Shown here: piece after piece, positions 57,357 to 64,000 of the stretch
Position numbering within the stretch: the stretch's first letter is position 1
How the letters are laid out: each line of letters opens with the position of its first letter
DNA from: Armatimonadota bacterium
Lineage (GTDB): Bacteria; Armatimonadota; SYMT01
Assembly (NCBI GenBank): GCA_041690135.1
Contig: JAWLHY010000017.1
Location: 32,001 to 96,000, forward strand
DNA length: 64,000 nt
Direction of reading: 5' to 3'
Program-made: the position numbers and the translations under genes
Notes under the pieces: generated by a model
Seen by the model: only the letters and a program-made list of their open reading frames with translations
The model's database searches: none
Told to the model about the DNA's origin: nothing

Positions 57357-58652
57357 TCATTTGCCGGTAAGTGCTCCGGAGGTCGTGGTGTTTACGGTCT
57401 TCCACTGGAGATCCGGTCGTACTACTCCGGGCCAGTTGCGTAGCCACCGCTGGTGGGTTCGATCCACCCAAGGGGTAGTGTCGATATCAAAGCTAACGGT
57501 GGACTGCACCCAGTCTATCGCCAGTTCGTTGGTGGCCGGGCGCTCGGAGTTGTAAAGCCAGGCCCCAACCGTAACTCGCCCCTCGGGAAAAATGAACGGA
57601 GGGACTTCGCAAATGGAGGTGTGCAGACCCGGAGGCAGGACACCCAGGTCCCACTGCGCACTGGAGAACAGGATCACATCTTCGGAATTGACGAAGTGCA
57701 AACCCGGAATCACGGGTGAAGACTTTCCTTCAACGCAAAAAGTGAGTGCCACTCGAAGAGCTTCATCGGCCCGAACAATCAGTTCCTCACGCCCGAGTAA
57801 CTCTACGGCCATCACCCTTACGGGCGGTTCTGGCGCGCATCCGGACGGGGAGTGGGAGCGAGTCCAGCGGACCACGCCGCCTTCCTGTCCGCAGCGGCTG
57901 TATTGGTCTACAATCGCGCCGGCAGGTCCGTGTGCCACCACCTGCCCCCGGTCCAGGAAGACACACGAGCGGCAGAGTGCCCGCACCGCTGCGAGGTTGT
58001 GGCTGACGAAAAGGACGGTGCGGCCTTCCCCCGTGACTTCCCCCATTTTGCCCAGGCATTTCTTCTGGAAGGCGGCATCTCCCACCGCCAGCACTTCATC
58101 GACCACCAGGACCTCCGGCTCCAGGTGAGCGGCCACGGCGAAAGCCAGTCGCAGGTACATCCCGCTGGAGTAGCGCTTGACCGGGGTATCGACGAATGCC
58201 TCTACTTCGGCGAATTGCACGATCTCGTCGAACTTTCGCCGGATTTCGTGCCGGGTCATGCCAAGGATCGCGCCGTTCAGGTAGATGTTCTCCCTTCCCG
58301 AAAGCTCCGCGTGGAACCCGGTGCCGACCTCGAGGAGGCTGGCCACACGTCCCCGGATCACAACGCGACCCTGGGTGGGCTCGGTGATCCGGGACAGGAT
58401 CTTCAACAGGGTGCTTTTACCGGCGCCGTTCCTGCCGATGATCCCCACCGCCTGTCCGCGTTCTACCGTCAGGTCGATGTCCTTCAGCGCCCAGAGACGC
58501 GGCTTTGGGGTTGCCACCTCGCCGCGGAGCCGCCGGAAAGGGCGCTTGACCCCTTCGACCAGCGCCTCTCGCAGGGAACCGTACCGGTATTCCGCTGCCC
58601 CAAGCTCGTACTGCTTGCTCAGCCCCTGGATTTCAATCGCCGCGGGCGGCAT
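57357..58652 (-). CDS. wzt: Polysaccharide ABC exporter ATPase with C-terminal extension (Wzt)
   Basis: GRNGAGKST, YSSGMYLRLAF, VVDEVLAVGD, VSHN; C-terminal Wzt_C-like domain. Confidence 0.95.
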   Translation of the reverse strand: MPPAAIEIQGLSKQYELGAAEYRYGSLREALVEGVKRPFRRLRGEVATPKPRLWALKDIDLTVERGQAVGIIGRNGAGKSTLLKILSRITEPTQGRVVIRGRVASLLEVGTGFHAELSGRENIYLNGAILGMTRHEIRRKFDEIVQFAEVEAFVDTPVKRYSSGMYLRLAFAVAAHLEPEVLVVDEVLAVGDAAFQKKCLGKMGEVTGEGRTVLFVSHNLAAVRALCRSCVFLDRGQVVAHGPAGAIVDQYSRCGQEGGVVRWTRSHSPSGCAPEPPVRVMAVELLGREELIVRADEALRVALTFCVEGKSSPVIPGLHFVNSEDVILFSSAQWDLGVLPPGLHTSICEVPPFIFPEGRVTVGAWLYNSERPATNELAIDWVQSTVSFDIDTTPWVDRTHQRWLRNWPGVVRPDLQWKTVNTTTSGALTGK

Positions 58653-58696
58653 CCACGCTCTCCCTATTGGGGTGAAGGGGTAGGGACGGTCTCATG

Positions 58697-59578
58697 TCAA
58701 ATCACGTCCGCGAAGCGGCGTTCGACGGAGCGGAAATAGGCCGCTCCTCCCAGGAATAGCAGCAGGGAAACCCCCAGCGCCAGGCCGACGTACGGCCACT
58801 CGACCGGTTGAGCGAGAAATGCGGCGCGGAACCCTTCGATCAGTCCATACATCGGGTTCAGCGACAGAACCCAGCGCCACGCTTCCGGCACGATGGAAAC
58901 CGGGAAGATGACCGGCGTGACGAAGAACCAGACCTGGACCAGGAACGGCACCACGTACCGGAAGTCGCGGTAGGTGACGGTAAGAGCCGAAAGCAGCGAG
59001 CCGACGCCGGTCGCGGCGAGGATCATGCCCAGGAGAAGTGCGGGGGTCGTCAGGATGAGCCAGGTCGGAGGAATGCCGTGGACCGCCATGAGCAGCAGGA
59101 GCACGCCGAGGGCCACTGCCAGGTCTACCAGCCCGGCGCAGACAGCGGAAAGCGGGATGATCAGCCGCGGAAAGTAGACCTTGGTGATGAGGTTCGCACT
59201 TCCCACCAGCGAGCCGCTGCTGTTGTTGATTGCCGAGGCGAAGAAGTTCCACGGGAGAAGCCCGGCGAACACGTAGATGTGGTAGGGGAGCCGCGTCTTC
59301 TGCTCGAAACCTGCCAGCTTCCCAAAAAACAGGGTGAAAACCACCATGTACATCACCGGCTGGAGCACCGCCCAGGCGGCCCCTAGCGCGGTCTGCTTGT
59401 ACCGGATCTTCACGTCCCGCCAGGTGAGGAAGTAGAGGAGCTCCCGATATCTCCAAACTTCCCGCCAATCGATCCGTACCCATCCCTGAGAGGGCTCGAT
59501 GACCTGGGTGAGGCTCGGAAGCAGACCCTCCGGGCTCTCTGGGGCGATTTCGATCACCCCGGGCTCAGAAGAGGCCAA
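58697..59578 (-). CDS. wzm: Polysaccharide ABC exporter permease (Wzm); start uncertain
   Basis: WRYRELLYFLTWRDVKIRYKQTALG, KVYFPR, YRD, LNP, FADVI. Confidence 0.95.
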   Translation of the reverse strand: MASSEPGVIEIAPESPEGLLPSLTQVIEPSQGWVRIDWREVWRYRELLYFLTWRDVKIRYKQTALGAAWAVLQPVMYMVVFTLFFGKLAGFEQKTRLPYHIYVFAGLLPWNFFASAINNSSGSLVGSANLITKVYFPRLIIPLSAVCAGLVDLAVALGVLLLLMAVHGIPPTWLILTTPALLLGMILAATGVGSLLSALTVTYRDFRYVVPFLVQVWFFVTPVIFPVSIVPEAWRWVLSLNPMYGLIEGFRAAFLAQPVEWPYVGLALGVSLLLFLGGAAYFRSVERRFADVI

Positions 59579-61142
59579 AGAGGAATCCAAGGTAAGGCAG
59601 TTCCCGCAGGTAGTAGAGCGGCCCCCGGTCGGGAGCCCGGCGCGGCGGCACATAGATGACGTCGCCGGTTTCCAGGGGGATGTTGTCGGTCCGGCTCTCC
59701 TTGCGCTTGATCTCGTTGAGGTTGACGCGGGCCTTGAGCTGGCCGCCGCGAATGATTTCCACCTTGGTTAAGTCGGCGAGTGCGGGGTTGAATACGCCCG
59801 GCAGGTCCTGCGCTCCTGGGTTCACCTGCTCGCTGTTCTGCAGGAAGAACTCGCGGATCGTCTGTCCCCGGAACTGGCCCGCTGATCCCTCGACGGGTAC
59901 ACGTTCCAGAGGTCGCCATCCCGGCTGTTGCACCCCGCCGATCACGATGACGCTGTCTTCGATCTTGGGGACGTAGATCTCATCGCCCTTTTGGAGCCGC
60001 AGCTTCTGGTGTGGCGGGCGGAGAATCTCTTCTTGCAGGTTGACCCAGGGCCCCGGGTCAGCTGCGACCGCCGTTTTTGGGTCTCCTGCCGTATCACCTG
60101 GAGGTGGGATCCGCTTTTCGGGGACGAGACCGAGTTTGGCGCCGTTCCACTCCACCCGCTTGCCTTCACGGTACACCCGGATCCGGCGGGGATCGGCGAG
60201 CGGGGGGAGACCACCTTCTTTGAAGACGTCCTCCAGCCGCATGTCATCCGTCAGCGCGAGCGTTCCGGGCGTGCGCACCAGGCCGGAAAGACGCACGGTG
60301 GCTTGTTTCTCCACCGGACGAAGGTGAACCTCGATTGCATCCCCTTCGCGGATTTCCAGTGCGGCATTGATTCCTTCCGAAGGGTCTGCGGCGCGGGTAG
60401 ATGCGAGACCGGGGGTCATCGCGGAGCCTCTTTTGTTCGAGGGCGCCGCTGGTGGCTGCTTCTCCGCTTGGGCTTCGTTCAACTCTACATCCTCGATCGA
60501 TACCGGAATGTAGCCGCCCGGCTGGATCAGGTGTTTGCGCGGGTCCGTGGGGAAGAGCTCGGCCGGGGTCGGTTTCATAGCCGGGAGTGCAGTCGCACGA
60601 AGAACGCGCTCTCCCTCCGGCCGCGGATAGACCCGGATGCCGCGCGGGTCGGCCTCCCGCAGCAGGCCGCCCGCCAGGACCAGCGCGCGCCGGATGTTCA
60701 GGCCGTCTTCAAACTCGATCTGGCCGGGAGAGGCCACCGCGCCCGCTACCGTGATGAAACGGCGCGGCTTGGGCGCCGGCGGCGGTTCGGGCGCCAGTCG
60801 GAGCAGCGTTACGGTGACCTTGTAGTTCACCAGTTCCCCGTCCAGCAGGCGGGTTACTTCCGCTTCCAACTCGGAAACCTTCTTGCCCTCCGCCCGGACG
60901 GTGCCGATGTTCCGGAGAAAGGCGGTTCCGTCCGGCAGTACGATGGCCTCGACATCGTATTCTTTTTGCGGGCTGATCGATACCGAGATCTGGTCTCCGG
61001 GCCGGAGACGGTAGTCGCGTGTAACGGCCTTCGCCGCCGCGGGCGTTTTTTCACCCTCCGGTTGCGCAAACAGTTCGCGGGGGTTACCCACGGCGGTGAC
61101 CAGGGCGGCTATCAGAATCAAGGTGACTCCGGAATGCTTCAT
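59565..61142 (-). CDS. Polysaccharide export protein with SLBB domains (Wza-like)
   Basis: Signal peptide; YRLRPGD, VLPDG, three GxVxxPG...GD SLBB units; AAGGAG RBS before ATG 61142. Confidence 0.88.
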   Translation of the reverse strand: MKHSGVTLILIAALVTAVGNPRELFAQPEGEKTPAAAKAVTRDYRLRPGDQISVSISPQKEYDVEAIVLPDGTAFLRNIGTVRAEGKKVSELEAEVTRLLDGELVNYKVTVTLLRLAPEPPPAPKPRRFITVAGAVASPGQIEFEDGLNIRRALVLAGGLLREADPRGIRVYPRPEGERVLRATALPAMKPTPAELFPTDPRKHLIQPGGYIPVSIEDVELNEAQAEKQPPAAPSNKRGSAMTPGLASTRAADPSEGINAALEIREGDAIEVHLRPVEKQATVRLSGLVRTPGTLALTDDMRLEDVFKEGGLPPLADPRRIRVYREGKRVEWNGAKLGLVPEKRIPPPGDTAGDPKTAVAADPGPWVNLQEEILRPPHQKLRLQKGDEIYVPKIEDSVIVIGGVQQPGWRPLERVPVEGSAGQFRGQTIREFFLQNSEQVNPGAQDLPGVFNPALADLTKVEIIRGGQLKARVNLNEIKRKESRTDNIPLETGDVIYVPPRRAPDRGPLYYLRELPYLGFLFGLF

Positions 61143-61155
61143 CAAGACCTTCTCC

Positions 61156-63075
61156 TTAACCCGGGCGCCGGAGCCCTTCCGCGGGTGCGGATCTTCGTTC
61201 CGCATTCTTGTAATTCTCTCGCGCGGGTAGGGACGGGAGGGATTCCCGGAGGATGACGCCGAGCGGCGCACCCCCCGCGCGACTCACGTGCTCACCCCAT
61301 TTTCGCAACTGATCAACCCGCATCCCACGCGTTTGAACGCCCAGCAGCACGCCATCGACCTTTTCGGCCAGGCGCAGCGTATCCGTTCGTTCCGGGTGGA
61401 GACTTCCCCGCACGATGACCACGTCGAAGCGCTCCTTCAACCGGTCTAGGAGATCGCCGGCGGCGGCTGACCCCAGGAGATCCGCCGGATTCGGGGGAAT
61501 CGGTCCGGCCGGGAGGAGCCACAGCCCGATCACGTCGGTGGGGGAGAGCACTTCATCTTCTCCGCGCAGACCTGCCAGAACTTGCGACAGTCCCACGCGA
61601 TGGGCGAGGTGCTCACCCCGGAGATCCGAGCGACCGCCACTTCGGAGATCTGCGTCCACCAGAACGACGCGCTTTCCGGCGCTTGCCAGTGCGCCGCCGA
61701 TCGTTTCCGTAACGGAGCTGGTGAAAACAGGGCCTGCTTCCAAAACCAGCAAGGTACGTGCTCGCTGGGGGATGCCGGCATACTCGAGGTTCTCCAGCAC
61801 CGGGTGTAGCTTCGATGGCGTGGCAGTGTCCCAAATTGCACGGCCCGACGGGCGAGCGGGCAGAACTCCTAGCAGTGATAGTCCGGCTCTCTCAACGTCT
61901 TTGGCGGTGTTCACGAAGCTTCCCAATCGCTCGCGCACGACCACCATCGCCGTCCCGCAGCAAAGGGCGCCGGCCAGTACGACCGCCACCTGCATGGCTG
62001 GGTTCGGCCAAAAGGGACGCGAGGGAACCGAGGCCGGTTCTACGGATCGGAAGGCCGGGAGTTGGGAGCCTCCGGCTTGCAGCCCCACCAATCGCTCCGT
62101 AAGGGCGCGAACGGTGGCGAGGACGGTCTCCCGCCGCTGCTGGAGGTGGTTGGCTTCGCGGCGCCGGCGCTGGAGGCCCACCTCTGCGGCGGTTGCCACC
62201 ACAAGGGCCGCCTTCGCCTGTCGTGCCTGCCGTTCGGTCGTACGCAGGTTTGTCTCCAGGGCTTGGAGGTGCTGGGCGAGCTGAATGGATGTAGGCGATG
62301 TCGAGGGTGCTGTCCCGCTCTCTTCGGGACGGTCGGGCTCGGCACCGGCAGGCTCCCGTGTGTGAAGGTGAAGTTCATCCCGGGTCTGCGCGATCTTCCG
62401 TACCGTCGCCTGCCGGACCTCCCAGAGCGCCGCGATTTGCAAGCGGAGCTTTCCGATTTCGGCCGTACCATCGCCAGGAGAACGAAGGCCTCCGGTCTCT
62501 TGAAGGCGCAGTAGCCGTTTTTCGATCCGGTTCAACTCCGCCTGAGCGGTCGTTCGTTCCTGATTCAGGTATGCCATCTGGTTGCGAAGGATGCGTGAGC
62601 GCCCCTCCTCCACCTCCGCCGCGTACAGGGTGACGATGCGGGTGGCGAGTGCGGCGGCCCGGTCCGGACTCGTTGCTTCCACGATCAGGTCCACCACTTC
62701 GGACCCTGCAGTATGCTCCACCCTTACCACTCCATCCCTAACCGCGTCGGGCGACGGCAACCCCTCCCGGCGGGCCCGCGTGTGGAGACCTTCATCGGCA
62801 AGCAGTTGAGCGTGAGTGGCGGGGTTTTCCACCGGTGCGGCGAAAGCCTGGGCCAGGCGCGCACCCTTATCTTCTTCCGCTGTGAGCTTTCCCGGCGGAG
62901 TAACGACCAGTCGAGCCCGTGCGCGATAGAGCGGGCGGAGGGTCGTCGCGGACCAGGTTCCACAGCCGCAGGCAACGGCAAAGGCGGCCCAGAAGCTCCA
63001 CTTCCGACGGCGGAAGGTACCCCACCAGTCTTCCGGAGCAGGTGTGGTTTCGCCGGGAATCGCGGTGGAGGTCAA
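61156..63075 (-). CDS. Second Wzc-like co-polymerase with degenerate kinase motifs (start uncertain, up to 63198)
   Basis: TM-coiled coil-TM layout; VDADLR, GLSQVL, AGPIPPNPADLLGS retained, but no GK(S/T), Walker B reads DVVIVRG, and no Tyr cluster. Confidence 0.82.
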   Translation of the reverse strand: MTSTAIPGETTPAPEDWWGTFRRRKWSFWAAFAVACGCGTWSATTLRPLYRARARLVVTPPGKLTAEEDKGARLAQAFAAPVENPATHAQLLADEGLHTRARREGLPSPDAVRDGVVRVEHTAGSEVVDLIVEATSPDRAAALATRIVTLYAAEVEEGRSRILRNQMAYLNQERTTAQAELNRIEKRLLRLQETGGLRSPGDGTAEIGKLRLQIAALWEVRQATVRKIAQTRDELHLHTREPAGAEPDRPEESGTAPSTSPTSIQLAQHLQALETNLRTTERQARQAKAALVVATAAEVGLQRRRREANHLQQRRETVLATVRALTERLVGLQAGGSQLPAFRSVEPASVPSRPFWPNPAMQVAVVLAGALCCGTAMVVVRERLGSFVNTAKDVERAGLSLLGVLPARPSGRAIWDTATPSKLHPVLENLEYAGIPQRARTLLVLEAGPVFTSSVTETIGGALASAGKRVVLVDADLRSGGRSDLRGEHLAHRVGLSQVLAGLRGEDEVLSPTDVIGLWLLPAGPIPPNPADLLGSAAAGDLLDRLKERFDVVIVRGSLHPERTDTLRLAEKVDGVLLGVQTRGMRVDQLRKWGEHVSRAGGAPLGVILRESLPSLPARENYKNAERRSAPAEGLRRPG

Positions 63076-63496
63076 CGTGCGCACCTTTTGTGGAGCCGTT
63101 GGAGCATGCGTTCGGATTTCACTCCAGGTTTGCGGCGCAATGGCGGAGAAGTGGGACCATGTAAAGGGAGGTAAGGCAGCCCGTACATTGCGTAGCACTC
63201 TCGATTACATGAACCGAGAGGCGAGGGTGGTAAGCCGGAGCAAGTCGAAGGCAGTCGGACCGCTTCTCCTGCCGGTTTACAGTTATAATTTCGGAGCCCA
63301 GCAGAGGTCCGAACAAGGCCCTTTCTGCCCAATCGTGCAGATGAGATAAGGACAAGCGGCCGGACCGCACCAATCAATACGGAGAACGCAGCCGTTATGT
63401 CGGCAAGTGCCGCGTCCGGCTCGCTGCTTCACCATTCCCGTTGCGCCCGCAGGTACCTTTGATCACCCAGCTTCCTAGCGAGGGTTTCACACGCCC

Positions 63497-64000
63497 ATGA
63501 GCCAGCGATTACTCATCCTCGCCGACGGGGAACTCGGCGTATTCACCGCAAAAACGACCACCAGCCTGATCCGCTACCGCGCCGCCGACACCGTAGCAGT
63601 TCTGGATCGGCAGCATGCGGGCCGGACCACACGGGAAGTGTTGGACGTACCCGCCGCCGTTCCCATCGTCGCCACGCTGGAAGAAGGACTCTCGTTCCAG
63701 CCGGACACCCTGGTGATTGGCATTTCTCCTTCGGGCGGGCAACTTCCGGAGCGGTGGCGAGCCGTGATCCGGGCGGCGATCCGTGCGGGGCTCGATGTGG
63801 TCTCGGGCCTGCACGTATTTCTGGGCGAGGACCGGGAGTTCGCGGAGTTGGCCCGGGAATGCGACGTTCGGCTGGTGGATCTCCGTCGCCCGCCGGACGG
63901 ACAGCCGATCGCCCATATGCTCGCGCGGGAAACGCGCGCTCGTCGAGTGCTGACGGTCGGTACAGACTGCAACGTAGGTAAGATGGTCGCGGCGCTCGAG
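63497..64000 (+). CDS. DUF1611 family P-loop protein, truncated by window end
   Basis: My translation: MSQRLLILADG...AKT..SLIRY...IGISPSGGQLP...SGLH...RVLTVGTDCNVGKM. Confidence 0.9.
   Translation, partial: MSQRLLILADGELGVFTAKTTTSLIRYRAADTVAVLDRQHAGRTTREVLDVPAAVPIVATLEEGLSFQPDTLVIGISPSGGQLPERWRAVIRAAIRAGLDVVSGLHVFLGEDREFAELARECDVRLVDLRRPPDGQPIAHMLARETRARRVLTVGTDCNVGKMVAALE

Larger units (their letters stand above)
23206..63075 (-). other. About 40-kb surface polysaccharide / glycoconjugate biosynthesis locus
   Basis: About 30 co-oriented, mostly abutting or overlapping glycan biosynthesis, modification and export genes. Confidence 0.93.

Noticed and set aside
63076-63496. ops/JUMPstart element upstream of the glycan operon
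   Set aside because: No GGCGGTAG-type sequence found on the coding strand.

Overview
High-GC bacterial chromosomal window with no rRNA, tRNA, CRISPR array or transposase that I can recognise. The DUF1549/DUF1553 + DUF1501 pair suggests a PVC-, Acidobacteriota- or Armatimonadota-like host (inference only). The left 23 kb is mixed: a GAF/PAS hybrid-type histidine kinase running off the window start, glpF-glpK, DUF1553/DUF1501, a HEAT-repeat protein, a frameshifted ankyrin gene, a dimethylformamidase-large-subunit-like protein, a YqiJ/flotillin pair, an FAH hydrolase, an NTP-transferase + MBL hydrolase, and a pentapeptide-repeat/signal peptidase II fusion followed by a second pentapeptide-repeat gene. 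Positions 23.2-63.1 kb hold one minus-strand surface-polysaccharide locus of about 30 genes. It combines Wza, two Wzc-like proteins (one apparently a pseudokinase), a PHP phosphatase, Wzm/Wzt, an O-antigen-ligase-like protein, three other polytopic membrane proteins, an Fkp-like fucose salvage enzyme, AsnB, and many glycosyl-, methyl- and acyltransferases. A DUF1611 gene runs off the window end. The most unusual signals are (1) the pentapeptide-repeat-LspA fusion, (2) dispersed 7-bp tandem arrays, some with a small CCCT/AGGG hairpin, that sit both between genes and in frame inside proteins, and (3) the hybrid ABC + Wzc glycan export architecture with fucose salvage. All family calls come from motif recognition by eye; no database search was run.
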